DNA of 64,000 nucleotides. Origin: a virus. Shown one piece after another: positions 37,108-47,054 of the stretch. Within the stretch, counting starts at the first letter, position 1, and each line of letters opens with the position of its first letter. Position numbers and translations under genes: made by a program. The notes under the pieces were generated by a model that saw only the letters and a program-made list of their open reading frames with translations, was not told where the DNA came from and ran no database searches. Location: the IMG/VR virus record IMGVR_UViG_3300009181_007093. One strand, written 5' to 3'.

Positions 37108-39714
37108 TTAGCTCTTCAAAGACCTTAAATCTTGTTTCGTGTTTGAAAAAGAAGAATTGTCCTTAGAAATTCTAATTCTTATTAATGGATTTTTTTTCCA
37201 ATCAGACAAAGTAAACATTCCGATATTATCAGACAATACAACCTCTTCATTTACCTCTACCATGTCATTTATAACATTTTTTGTTTTTGTGTTCAAGGCG
37301 AAAGAAAATTCTTTATAAAAATTACTTATTTTTTTACATAAATTTTCTGCTGGGAAAAATGCATGTACTATGCTGTCTTCGTCCTTGCCTGTGTCCAAAA
37401 AGTAGCGATTCATTAAAATAGAAAACTTCCACAAAAAATTGTCAGAAGAATTACCAGAAGAAGTGCAAGCCCATTTAAACGTAAAACTCCACCTTTCTTC
37501 TGAAGCTGAACCAGATCCTACTACGCTATAATTTGAAGTCCAACATTCTGTTACTTTGCTATAATGCATTGCAAAATAATTTGGTAAAATAATTTTGTTA
37601 TTTAACGAAAAGTTATAAAACGCACCAACATTTAAATTGTGCGACACATAGAGTACAGCCGGAATAGCCGTGCAAATTCCGCATGCAGTAATAGATCTAG
37701 AAGCTGGCTGCAAAACTGTAACAACCGATGTAAAAGTAAAAACAACAGTTGCCGTGAGCAATGCTTCTTTTGTCATTACAAAACTTGTTAGGCTATCTAT
37801 TCTATCAATATATGTTTCTGTAGGCAAAACAGATTCTTGAATAATTGATCCAAAAGGACCCATCGAACTTGTTGTGATACGCATGCCAACCTTAAGATTA
37901 AGTGTTGATGAAATGGTAGCAATCTTGCTTCCTTTTGTAGTATTGCCAGAAAGAATTACAACAGTAGGTGGTGGATCTGTTTGCCCTGAGTTTCTATCAT
38001 AATCATTAAGACGAGAAATGTTAGCATATGAAATCCACGCCCTTGCTTTCATTTTAACAATATAAGGATCTTTAGGTATGCAACCTGCACATAAAGAGTA
38101 GTCAGAAGCACCACTGGCTACAAGAGCCGGTTCATGGTAACACAATCTTTGACATCTTGGGCTAATTTCATCAATTTGTGTGTGATAAACACCAAAATAT
38201 GAATCCGCTTGTGCTTTGGAAGGGAACGGCCAATACACACCATTCTCCCACTGCTGGAATGCGGGTTCATAAAAGTTATGATACCAAAAACCCATTGGAG
38301 CAATGCTTGGGTCTAAAGTATCTTTTCGCACACTTTGCTCATAATTTAATATTGTTATCACCTCACCAAATTCTTCGTTATAGCTCCCATTGTTCCAAGC
38401 AATCTCAATGTAGCCTGTTGAATTCTCAACAGTTGACCCAGAAGAAACAGCGTTTGTAAATGGAAATTCTATAAGATCTGTGAAAGAAAAAATTCCGGAG
38501 TTAGACACAACAAAAGTCTGAAATGGTGTATCGCCGTACTCTTGGCTTCTTATAAAAATTGTACCTACAATGGTTCCAGCTATAATTGGGAAATGACCAG
38601 TATTGTATTTATAAACTCCATCTGAGACTTCAAATTCGGTGGCAGTTTCATTTAGAATTAGTCTAGAACTAATATTATCATCTTGATGGCTTCTGTCTGG
38701 GTGATGACAACTATAACCACTAGAAACAAATTGAAAAGTTTTTTCTCTTTCATATAAAGATAAAGATTCCTCGAACTCTAAACCAATAGAACTCACTATG
38801 CCTCCAGAGGCAACAATTGAGCCTGATATGGTGTATTCTAGTGTTGAAAAAGCCACACAAGGAGATCTACTGCCTCCCAATGAGTGAGCTGATCCATCTG
38901 CCGATGGTACGAGATTAGTTGTTCCAGGCACATCACTAAAAATAATTCGTTCTTCTGAAATTAGAAAAGATAAAGATTGATCATTTGTGTATCCTGTCCC
39001 TCCATTCGATATATACAAACTAGCAAGAAAAGGTTCCTCAGTGGAAAATACTGCATAACCCACTAGTCCACTTCCACCGCCATATACAGTTGCGTGTGCC
39101 GTTATCAAGCCAAAAGAACTTTCACAGTCACAAGTAGAAGCACACCCAGAACCCACTATGTTAAAAACGCTAGAAACATAAACTCCCATTTTTGTTCTAA
39201 TAAGAACATTAGAATGTATATAAAATTCAATACACTCTGGAACTTCTTTCCAGTCTACTGGATTACATTCAATATCTTGGTTTGCCTGAGGACCGGTATA
39301 ATATGGTCCAGATGTTTCTATACTTATTATTTTCCAATTTGAGCCTTTTGCTACTGCCTCTCTAATAGTCTCTGTCGAAGATATCTGAAGGCAAACGTCT
39401 TGTGGAGATGTTGCTAATATCATTTGCATAAAACATTGATTGCAATTCAAGCAGTTCCACAAACTTCCATTTCCAAATGTACTTGAGTTTGAATCAATAG
39501 GTCTTGCATTTTGCCAGGTTTGTCCTGCGCTTATTACGCCTTTAATTTTGTACCAAACCAAGAATCCAGTACCTACGTGCCAAGAAATGTCTATATCTTT
39601 TACAAAGTTTCTCTCTACCAACCAAGATATATCTTGTTCTATAAACGCTATCTCCAGAGAACGCATTGTTCCAAATGATTCTTCGTTATAGCTTTCATCA
39701 GTTGATATTTGCAT
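37108..39714 (-). CDS. Large beta-rich, probably virion structural protein (868 aa)
   Basis: S/T/G-rich; NGGTGYT and TTKGS..ATISSTLNLKVGMRIT modules typical of tail/baseplate proteins. Confidence 0.6.
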   Translation of the reverse strand: MQISTDESYNEESFGTMRSLEIAFIEQDISWLVERNFVKDIDISWHVGTGFLVWYKIKGVISAGQTWQNARPIDSNSSTFGNGSLWNCLNCNQCFMQMILATSPQDVCLQISSTETIREAVAKGSNWKIISIETSGPYYTGPQANQDIECNPVDWKEVPECIEFYIHSNVLIRTKMGVYVSSVFNIVGSGCASTCDCESSFGLITAHATVYGGGSGLVGYAVFSTEEPFLASLYISNGGTGYTNDQSLSFLISEERIIFSDVPGTTNLVPSADGSAHSLGGSRSPCVAFSTLEYTISGSIVASGGIVSSIGLEFEESLSLYEREKTFQFVSSGYSCHHPDRSHQDDNISSRLILNETATEFEVSDGVYKYNTGHFPIIAGTIVGTIFIRSQEYGDTPFQTFVVSNSGIFSFTDLIEFPFTNAVSSGSTVENSTGYIEIAWNNGSYNEEFGEVITILNYEQSVRKDTLDPSIAPMGFWYHNFYEPAFQQWENGVYWPFPSKAQADSYFGVYHTQIDEISPRCQRLCYHEPALVASGASDYSLCAGCIPKDPYIVKMKARAWISYANISRLNDYDRNSGQTDPPPTVVILSGNTTKGSKIATISSTLNLKVGMRITTSSMGPFGSIIQESVLPTETYIDRIDSLTSFVMTKEALLTATVVFTFTSVVTVLQPASRSITACGICTAIPAVLYVSHNLNVGAFYNFSLNNKIILPNYFAMHYSKVTECWTSNYSVVGSGSASEERWSFTFKWACTSSGNSSDNFLWKFSILMNRYFLDTGKDEDSIVHAFFPAENLCKKISNFYKEFSFALNTKTKNVINDMVEVNEEVVLSDNIGMFTLSDWKKNPLIRIRISKDNSSFSNTKQDLRSLKS

Positions 39715-39785
39715 CTATTGCCTTGTACTTAATTATTTTCTATAATATATAGATAAAAAGTACAATTTAGAACTCACGAATCATA

Positions 39786-40526
39786 TTACTGCGACTCGCA
39801 ATTATCTTCTAATCTTTCTAAAATAGATGAAATTAAAGGGTGCCTTACTATAGAGCTTGGTTTAAAATGAATAATACCTATTCCATTTAGACCGTTTAGC
39901 TTCTCCACAACAGACATTAAGCCCTGATCCCTTCTCGGTATATCGCTTTGATTTGGATCACCGGTTATTATTACTTTGCTATTCTTTCCAAATCTAGTAA
40001 TAAACAATTTAATTTGAGAGAAAGTTGCATTTTGTGCTTCATCAAATATACAAACCGAGTTGTGCCATGTTCTACCTCGCAAATAAGCTATTGGTGCTAT
40101 TTCTATAGATTTATTTATAACCTCTCTTTGTGGGCTTTCTTTACCCATACATCTATTGATACAATCATACATTGGCATCATATATGGTGCCACTTTTTCT
40201 TCAAAGGTTCCAGGAAGGTAGCCCAAACTTTCTCCAGCCTCTACTACTGGTCTTGTAAGAATAATTTTTTCTTTTCTTCCGGCAAGTACTTCGCTCATTG
40301 CAAAGGCACAAGACAATTGGGTTTTCCCTACACCGGCTGGTCCCAATAAAAATAAAACATCATGTTTTTCAAAAAGTCCCCAAGCACTTTTTTGTTCTTC
40401 ATTAAAAAATTCAAAATGAAAAGATTGTTTACTATAGTTTGATTTTTCTACTTTTTTTTCATTTTGATTAGTTCTTTTTTCTGTTCTTCTTGTGCTTTGT
40501 CTTGTGCTTTGCCTTTTTTTTCTCAT
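39786..40526 (-). CDS. phoH: PhoH-family ATPase
   Basis: GPAGVGKT, LTRPVVEAGESLGYLPG, YLRGRT, DEAQN, ITGD..QSD, VRHPL. Confidence 0.95.
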   Translation of the reverse strand: MRKKRQSTRQSTRRTEKRTNQNEKKVEKSNYSKQSFHFEFFNEEQKSAWGLFEKHDVLFLLGPAGVGKTQLSCAFAMSEVLAGRKEKIILTRPVVEAGESLGYLPGTFEEKVAPYMMPMYDCINRCMGKESPQREVINKSIEIAPIAYLRGRTWHNSVCIFDEAQNATFSQIKLFITRFGKNSKVIITGDPNQSDIPRRDQGLMSVVEKLNGLNGIGIIHFKPSSIVRHPLISSILERLEDNCESQ

Positions 40527-40578
40527 TTTTCCTTTCTAAAAATCTAGAATATATAGACTAACAGATAATATATAATAT

Positions 40579-41049
40579 ATGGAAAACTTTAAAATATTTC
40601 TAGAGAAAACCGAAGAAGAAAGAAATGTTAATCAACTTATTGATAGCCTTCCAAAAAGCCATAAAAAACTATTAAATAAATACAAGTTCATTTATACTGG
40701 CGGCAACACTCTTAATGACGATAAGCAGCATGTAGGGTATATACATAAAAACAAAATTGTTGTAGCCGCTCCGTGGAACTATAGCCGAGAATTTACCACT
40801 TTGCATGAAATAGCACATCTTGTTTTCGAGAAATTGATGACTACTCAATTAAAGAAAGACTGGTCGAGTCTCGTTGAAAAAACGATATCAGAACAAATAA
40901 AAAACAACCCAAAAAACAAGAGTGCGTTAAAGCAGAATGATGAAGAAATATTCTGCATGGCGTATGCAGCCAATTATGCCAAACATGCGCCACAAACATA
41001 TACCAACAAAGAATGGCAAGAATTTATCAAAAACAAATTGCCTCAGTAA
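40579..41049 (+). CDS. HExxH zinc metallopeptidase-like protein
   Basis: TTLHEIAHL...EEIFC. Confidence 0.7.
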   Translation: MENFKIFLEKTEEERNVNQLIDSLPKSHKKLLNKYKFIYTGGNTLNDDKQHVGYIHKNKIVVAAPWNYSREFTTLHEIAHLVFEKLMTTQLKKDWSSLVEKTISEQIKNNPKNKSALKQNDEEIFCMAYAANYAKHAPQTYTNKEWQEFIKNKLPQ

Positions 41050-41157
41050 GTCCTTTTTGGATAAAAGAAATACCAATAATTAGATAAGCTATAAATTTCA
41101 AATATTTCGTAAATCAAAATACAGCTTTCCGTTATCACCACAAAGATACAAATAATT

Positions 41158-41619
41158 ATGAAAAAAATAAGACCTGCCATAAAATCAGATTATTCTGATA
41201 TTACCGAAATTGGAACAAAAAGTTATTGTAATCAATATTACGAAGGCGATGAAAGTTTCTTAAGCAAGATTGATGGATGCCCGGCGGGATGCTTTGTCGC
41301 GGATTTAGATGGAGTCGTTGGTTACGCAATATCATTTCCATATCTTGTGGGAAAGTCGTTTCCAATTGATTCATTTTTTGTTCTAGTTGAAAATCCAAAT
41401 TGCTTGTACATACACGACGTTTGTGTGGCAGAGGACTTCAGGGGCATGGGGATAGCACGAATGCTTGTCTCTAAAGTTATAGAAACAGGATGGAACGTTA
41501 TGTGCCTTACAGCAGTGCAGGGTTCGGAGGGGTTCTGGGAGCGGTTCGGGTTCCGATCCTTTTTTGAAACGAAATACTGCGGGAAGAGAGCCAGTTACAT
41601 GGTCTTCATAAAGAATTAA
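41158..41619 (+). CDS. GNAT acetyltransferase
   Basis: YIHDVCV..DFRGMGIA, AVQGSEGFWERFGF. Confidence 0.9.
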   Translation: MKKIRPAIKSDYSDITEIGTKSYCNQYYEGDESFLSKIDGCPAGCFVADLDGVVGYAISFPYLVGKSFPIDSFFVLVENPNCLYIHDVCVAEDFRGMGIARMLVSKVIETGWNVMCLTAVQGSEGFWERFGFRSFFETKYCGKRASYMVFIKN

Positions 41620-41654
41620 AGATGGACAATTTTTTACTCAAATACAACTTATAG

Positions 41655-42308
41655 TTAGCTTTTTGTAAAAAAAGCGACCACAGAACATCTGGCTTTTTCT
41701 CCAGCATTTACATCGACTCTATTAATGGAGTGCCACACACCAGTCTTAGTAAAAACCATTCTATTTGGTTTAGGAGAAATATATCTTCCCATTGCCAGGT
41801 TATCTAATACGGCACCAGAATGCTGCCTATTGATAGGATCGTTGTTTTCCGTACATTTCACATCATTGTTATTTACATCTGCTAATAGCAACTCTCCTCC
41901 CCAATTTGAACTCCATTTTTCATGAGGATAAAAAATTGCAGCCGCTACGTATCCTGTGTCATTGTGCCAAGAGATTTTTGTTCCTACTGGATATATGTAC
42001 GGAGTAAGAAAAAAGTCATCCCAATCTTCTCCTTTTTTACCAACCACATCTTGAAGATGCTGCTCTGCTAACGCCAATATAACAGCGTGAAGCCCATCCA
42101 TTGGACATCCAAAAGGTGCTCTAGAATGGTAATACGGAGGACCAGCAAGAATTTGACCATCTGTTAAACGCCAAATTTTTTGCCACCCCGTCATAGACCT
42201 AAAAGCAAAATCCATTGAACCAAAGTAAGAAACAAACTGATCAAATGTATTTTTATCAAATACATCATCTACAATTGCATAATTATTTTCTTTTGTGGTA
42301 AGTTGCAT
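41655..42308 (-). CDS. 2OG-Fe(II) oxygenase (prolyl-hydroxylase-like)
   Basis: WHND, WGGEL, PKPNRMVF, WHSI, RCS. Confidence 0.85.
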   Translation of the reverse strand: MQLTTKENNYAIVDDVFDKNTFDQFVSYFGSMDFAFRSMTGWQKIWRLTDGQILAGPPYYHSRAPFGCPMDGLHAVILALAEQHLQDVVGKKGEDWDDFFLTPYIYPVGTKISWHNDTGYVAAAIFYPHEKWSSNWGGELLLADVNNNDVKCTENNDPINRQHSGAVLDNLAMGRYISPKPNRMVFTKTGVWHSINRVDVNAGEKARCSVVAFFTKS

Positions 42309-42320
42309 TTTTAAAAATTT

Positions 42321-43058
42321 CTACAATGGTCTTGATTGAACATCTGACATTAGTTTCGGCAAAATTGCCATAGCTTGTTCTGTCATTCTTTCATACTCAC
42401 TAATATCCATACTAAATATTCTGTAGTGATGTACGATTGCATTTTTCATTATCTGCGGCTTATGTCCTCTGCTTTGTGCTCTCATAGTTAGTATGAATGC
42501 ACTTCCTATCATTGGAAGCTCTTCAGGCCAAGGCCCAATATCCTTCCATGCTTCCCTTGTCATTGCAACAATAAAATCTTGTAAGAAATCTATCTTTTGA
42601 GTTCCTATCATATAGCTCTGTGTATCAATGCCAATAAGTCCTGACTGTTGTGCTTCAGAAACATTGATAAGAAGATCCATCCATGCTGGATTTAGAACAA
42701 CAACATCACAATGTAGAAAAATAAAATATTTTGAGTTACCATCAGCAGCTTGAACTCCTTTGTTACAAGCAGCAGACCAATATAAATTCTTTTCATTTCT
42801 TACAACTTTTACTTCACCTTCAATATCCTTTAAAAAGTCCTGTGACTCTTTACCGCTTGCGTTGTCGACTACTATAATTTCATAATTATTATTAAATGAA
42901 GTAACAGCAATAGATTGCAAACATATATTAAGATATTCTGGTCTGTCTTTGTGTACGATAATTATAGATACATGTTCGTCGGTGTTCTCATGTAACTTTA
43001 TGCTAAGTTCCGGCTTATCTCCTTCAAGGGGATTATGAGGAGTAATAGATGTTGCCAT
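42321..43058 (-). CDS. Glycosyltransferase family 2-like
   Basis: VSIIIV, IIVVDNAS, SAACNKG, LHCD, IVHH. Confidence 0.85.
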   Translation of the reverse strand: MATSITPHNPLEGDKPELSIKLHENTDEHVSIIIVHKDRPEYLNICLQSIAVTSFNNNYEIIVVDNASGKESQDFLKDIEGEVKVVRNEKNLYWSAACNKGVQAADGNSKYFIFLHCDVVVLNPAWMDLLINVSEAQQSGLIGIDTQSYMIGTQKIDFLQDFIVAMTREAWKDIGPWPEELPMIGSAFILTMRAQSRGHKPQIMKNAIVHHYRIFSMDISEYERMTEQAMAILPKLMSDVQSRPL

Positions 43059-43115
43059 TTTTCATACCTTTCTTTATTTATTATTTCGACCGATTCTAAA
43101 CCTACCAAAAATAGA

Positions 43116-43325
43116 TTAATCGGTCAAGTCAATTTCAAAAACTCCTCTTTCGCAAACACACGCAATAGTTCCATTTGGAGTAACAATAGATTCAGCATAC
43201 CTTGTAGATAGTTCTTTAGAAAATTGCTCTGCGGATTCCCTAGTCTTAAATGCTTTTTCTACCTTTACAACACAATATTCGCCATCTACTTGCCTGGCCA
43301 CAGAAATAATAGCAAAAACTTTCAA
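43116..43325 (-). CDS. Hypothetical protein (true start TTG at 43325, MKVFAII)
   Basis: The upstream part of the track ORF is an off-frame read of the neighbouring gene's repeats. Confidence 0.65.
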   Translation of the reverse strand: MKVFAIISVARQVDGEYCVVKVEKAFKTRESAEQFSKELSTRYAESIVTPNGTIACVCERGVFEIDLTD

Positions 43326-43329
43326 AATA

Positions 43330-44121
43330 TTAAATTCCCTTCTTAGAGTCTTCCTGAGCGTCTTCCTGAGCGTCTTCCTGAGCGTCATCCTGAGAGTCAT
43401 CCTGAGAGTCGTCCTGAGAGTCCTGAGCGTCCTGAGCGTCCTGACCACCGGAACTAATGTGAGACAACGTCTCGATATACAAATCGTCCTGAGCGTCTTC
43501 CTGAGCGTCTTCCTGAGCGTCTTCCTGAGCGTCTTCCTGAGCGTCTTCCTGAGCGTCTTCCCGAAAAAAGTCCTGAGCTTCGTCAGCGTCTTCTTGAGCG
43601 TCCTGAGCGACTTCCTGAGCTTTCTGAAGAACTTCCTGAGCAGCAATCGTTGGTTTACATTCAGAATCTGGCACATGATCAAGACGATCAAGGGCACAAG
43701 CTATTTTATCAAAGTCATTTCTAAAAACTCCTTTGCCTCTGGGTTTGGCAACGTCCGGAGATACAGAAACAACGTCCGGAGATACAGAAACAACATCCGG
43801 AGATACCTCTATGTCTTTATCGTCAAATTCTATGTCTGTATCATCAAAAGATTTTTTAACGTTTTTATTCCTAAGTTTGCGCTGCACTAAAGCTAAATGT
43901 TTTGAATAACCTTTTCTCCATGCTTTTAAGGCTTGATGAGGGAATCTGGAAGCACTCTTTTTAAGTTCTTCTTTTACAATCAAACTAACATTTTGTCTGT
44001 CAATCCATTCACAAAGCTTTTTAAGAGTTAAATTGCTTAGATCACATGGCTTTCTATTATCAACTTCTGGACGTCCTGTCGTAAGCTGTATTTTAAATGC
44101 TTCTGGATTCCCTACACTCAT
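43330..44121 (-). CDS. Hypothetical protein with SPDVVSV and (EDAQ)n acidic repeats
   Basis: 12-bp and 21-bp tandem repeats, in frame. Confidence 0.75.
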   Translation of the reverse strand: MSVGNPEAFKIQLTTGRPEVDNRKPCDLSNLTLKKLCEWIDRQNVSLIVKEELKKSASRFPHQALKAWRKGYSKHLALVQRKLRNKNVKKSFDDTDIEFDDKDIEVSPDVVSVSPDVVSVSPDVAKPRGKGVFRNDFDKIACALDRLDHVPDSECKPTIAAQEVLQKAQEVAQDAQEDADEAQDFFREDAQEDAQEDAQEDAQEDAQEDAQDDLYIETLSHISSGGQDAQDAQDSQDDSQDDSQDDAQEDAQEDAQEDSKKGI

Positions 44122-44148
44122 TTAATTCTTTCCACGATTTAATATCGT

Positions 44149-44574
44149 TTAATTTACATCTTGTTCTGCGTCTTGTTCTGCGTCTTGTTCTGCGTCTTGT
44201 TCTGCGTCTTGTTCTACATCTTGTTCTACATCTTGTTCTGCGTCTTGTTCTGCGTCTTGTTCTACATCTTGTTCTGACGGTGCATCTGGTGCTTCTGTTT
44301 TAACAGAACTTTCATAATAACCAGATCTAGCCTTAGATACATATTCAAAAAGCTCTTCTGGAAGTTTTGGAGGCTCTATAATATCTGGACGCAAAGCACT
44401 CAATATATCTTGTTCTAAAGAAGCAATATCTATATTCTTATCTATTTCTTTAAAAAAAACACGTTCTTTTATATAATCAATATTCACATCAATAACAATA
44501 GTTTTTCCATCTTCATTAATGAATTCTATAGACATAGGAAACAAAGGATTAGCAGAAACTATTTGGTATTGCAT
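44149..44574 (-). CDS. Hypothetical protein with (EQDA/V)n acidic tail
   Basis: 12-bp tandem repeats at ~44155-44275. Confidence 0.7.
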   Translation of the reverse strand: MQYQIVSANPLFPMSIEFINEDGKTIVIDVNIDYIKERVFFKEIDKNIDIASLEQDILSALRPDIIEPPKLPEELFEYVSKARSGYYESSVKTEAPDAPSEQDVEQDAEQDAEQDVEQDVEQDAEQDAEQDAEQDAEQDVN

Positions 44575-44628
44575 ATGATTAATATAGTGATAATGCAAAA
44601 TTTTAAAAAATACAATATATAAATTATC

Positions 44629-44877
44629 ATGGAATTTAAAAATTGGCTAAATTTGCCATTAATAGAAAAAAGCGGCAAAATAGAACTATTAAGGGACAAA
44701 GTCAATCCAATATATATGCAAATATCAGATGGATCAAAACTTTTTTTTACTTTTGATGAATTTAAAAGAATATCTGGGAAGCCATCTGTTGGAAAAACTA
44801 TTATTTGGAAAGCACAAAGAAATCCAAAAGATACAACACAAAATACATCTAAAATTACTTTTTGTAAAATAATTTAG
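44629..44877 (+). CDS. Hypothetical protein (MEFKNWL start)
   Basis: TATATAAA upstream. Confidence 0.65.
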   Translation: MEFKNWLNLPLIEKSGKIELLRDKVNPIYMQISDGSKLFFTFDEFKRISGKPSVGKTIIWKAQRNPKDTTQNTSKITFCKII

Positions 44878-44911
44878 ATGTATTTTTGAGAAAAACAGAC
44901 TGGCATCTGCA

Positions 44912-45109
44912 TCAATATGCAGATCTGATCTTTGTTATGTCTATTTTGTCTGGGTCTAATCCTGGCCCATATGGAGAAGGAGAATATTCCTTTTGTAGCT
45001 TGTATATTACTCTGTCTGAAACCTTATCGATGAAAATCTTTGTTCCAATACCAAAAAACAAAAGTAAAATTGTCATACATACAAAAACATAAATTAATTT
45101 ATTATTCAT
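44912..45109 (-). CDS. Small membrane-anchored protein
   Basis: TM helix then YSPSPYGPGLDPDK. Confidence 0.6.
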   Translation of the reverse strand: MNNKLIYVFVCMTILLLFFGIGTKIFIDKVSDRVIYKLQKEYSPSPYGPGLDPDKIDITKIRSAY

Positions 45110-45173
45110 CTAATAGCCTCTCTAAATGTGTTTCGTTCATCTCGGTCCAGTGTACCAAAAATATAATCATGCG

Positions 45174-46202
45174 TCAATGGATTGTTTCGTTCCAATTTTT
45201 TATATTTGGAGTAACATTTTGTTTTTCTAATTCTGCCAACTTTAACAAAGTAGCCTTATATTCTTCGTTTATTTCTCTTGGTGTTTCTAACTTTAAAGTA
45301 ACAACCATATCTCCTATGCTTCCTCTTGATGGCATGCCTTTTCCTTTTACTCTAAATCTAGTATGTGCTTGACATCCTGCTGGAACTTTTATCAAAACTT
45401 TTTCATTAGAAACACAGGGGGTAATAATGTCTCCGCCCAATGCTAACTGACTATAAGATACCGGTATCTCTATGAAAATATTCGGACCCTCTCTTTTAAA
45501 TATAGGGCTTTCTCTTATAGAAATAAAAACTAACAAGTCTCCATTTCTACCACCTCTCAAGGATTCATCGCCTTCCCCAGAAAAAACAATTTGTGCCATA
45601 TGTTCTATTCCAGGCGGAATTTTACATTTCACTGTTTTTTCTTCAAACGATTCAGATCCTTTTCCTTTACAAGTATCACACTTTTTAGTATTAATTTTAC
45701 CTATACCAGAACAATGCCCACAAGATTGTCGAAGTACAAAAGGTGCTTCAGACACCTGAACAAAACCGTTGCCGTTGCATTGCTCACATTTTAAAAACTC
45801 AGAAAAGCCATTGCCAGAACATGTTTTACATCGGTTGCTTTTTTTGAATGTAATTTCTTTTTCGCATCCATTTAAAACATCAACCAAATCTATCTCTATC
45901 TTTTCTTGTAAATTTTTTCCTCTAAAAACACTATTAGAAAAAATTTCATCCATTGAAAATTCAAAGCCTGAATTATGAACTTGTCTGCTTCTAAAATTCA
46001 TGCCTCCACTGTCGTAAGACTGTCTTTTTCTTGTATCGCTTAGAATTTCATAGGATTTTTGTATTTCCTTAAAGGTATTGGCTGCTTCCGGATTGTCTCT
46101 GTTCACATCAGGATGGTACTTTTTTGCACACTCCCGATATGCTTTGTTAATATCATTAATCGTAGACGATTTATCAAGTCCAAGTATTTTATATGGGTCC
46201 AT
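45174..46202 (-). CDS. dnaJ: Class A DnaJ chaperone
   Basis: J-domain with HPD, four CxxCxGxG repeats, C-terminal domain. Confidence 0.95.
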   Translation of the reverse strand: MDPYKILGLDKSSTINDINKAYRECAKKYHPDVNRDNPEAANTFKEIQKSYEILSDTRKRQSYDSGGMNFRSRQVHNSGFEFSMDEIFSNSVFRGKNLQEKIEIDLVDVLNGCEKEITFKKSNRCKTCSGNGFSEFLKCEQCNGNGFVQVSEAPFVLRQSCGHCSGIGKINTKKCDTCKGKGSESFEEKTVKCKIPPGIEHMAQIVFSGEGDESLRGGRNGDLLVFISIRESPIFKREGPNIFIEIPVSYSQLALGGDIITPCVSNEKVLIKVPAGCQAHTRFRVKGKGMPSRGSIGDMVVTLKLETPREINEEYKATLLKLAELEKQNVTPNIKNWNETIH

Positions 46203-46213
46203 TTCTATTTTTC

Positions 46214-46561
46214 CTAGCCCTCAGACAAAACTCCCTTAATAGAACTTGGTTCCATGAAAAATCTATCTCTATGTGATCCATCATAATTAGGAGCCATAAC
46301 ACCACCTCCAGAAACTATAACTCGATCACCTATTTTATAGCCCCAACTATCACTCAAAAATCCTGGACCAACGGATCGAATATAACCCTGAAGAGGAACC
46401 TTTAAATCAGTACTTTCAGAAAGGGCTAATGTTGTACCCATAAGCTCTTGTGATGTTAGCATTTCAACTAAAACCTGACTTCCTGTTGCGTGTACACCAA
46501 CAATTTTTGGTGTATTTGTATTGGATAGAATCTTTCCTGTCGTGCTAATAATTTTACTCAT
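46214..46561 (-). CDS. GroES/Cpn10-like co-chaperonin
   Basis: TGSQVLVE...G.IRSVGPG...KIGDRVIV...IKGVL. Confidence 0.65.
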   Translation of the reverse strand: MSKIISTTGKILSNTNTPKIVGVHATGSQVLVEMLTSQELMGTTLALSESTDLKVPLQGYIRSVGPGFLSDSWGYKIGDRVIVSGGGVMAPNYDGSHRDRFFMEPSSIKGVLSEG

Positions 46562-46621
46562 ATGAACCCTTTTCTGTTAAAAACAATTTATATACATACA
46601 GTCGGAACGACCGTTCTGTAT

Positions 46622-46650
46622 AATATACCAAAACGTAAAGTATCTGTCAA
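46622..46650 (-). promoter_or_regulatory. Sigma-70-type promoter TTGACA-17-TATATT with extended -10 TG
   Basis: Upstream of groES-like/dnaJ. Confidence 0.6.
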
Positions 46651-46685
46651 CGCCATAACGAAATTTTTCAAAAACAAATCTAAAG

Positions 46686-47054
46686 TCATTCTAAAATAAC
46701 ATGCCCCTCATTCCCTGCATTTTCTAGATCATCGTATTCTTCTTCATATTCTTCTTCATGCTCTGAATAGTATGCGGTTTCAGGAAAATATTTTTGCGTA
46801 CATATAAATTCTGAATTGTAAGGCGGGTTATCAAAAACAGTTGTCAAATGATCAGAATCAATATTATTGTCAGGTTTCCAACAATAATATTCTTGTGTTT
46901 TATCTTCTGGCTTGTTGGTTTTTTCAAATAGTCGATCTACTTTACTAGTGCATATAGCATCACTTAAGTCTAAATAGCCTCCACATCCTTGTTTGTATAT
47001 ATCTTTAGAAAATTCTATTAATTCTTTTTTAGAAATACTAATCATTTCATTCAT
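46686..47054 (-). CDS. Hypothetical acidic protein
   Basis: TAATG coupling to the ALDH gene. Confidence 0.6.
   Translation of the reverse strand: MNEMISISKKELIEFSKDIYKQGCGGYLDLSDAICTSKVDRLFEKTNKPEDKTQEYYCWKPDNNIDSDHLTTVFDNPPYNSEFICTQKYFPETAYYSEHEEEYEEEYDDLENAGNEGHVILE

Noticed and set aside
41655-42308. 2OG-Fe(II) oxygenase as the collagen prolyl hydroxylase
   Set aside because: The collagen repeat seen here has almost no proline.
43326-44303. (TLRK)n, (LSVF)n and (LRLV)n ORFs
   Set aside because: Shadows of 12-bp coding repeats; only the 43116-43325 part is retained as a gene.
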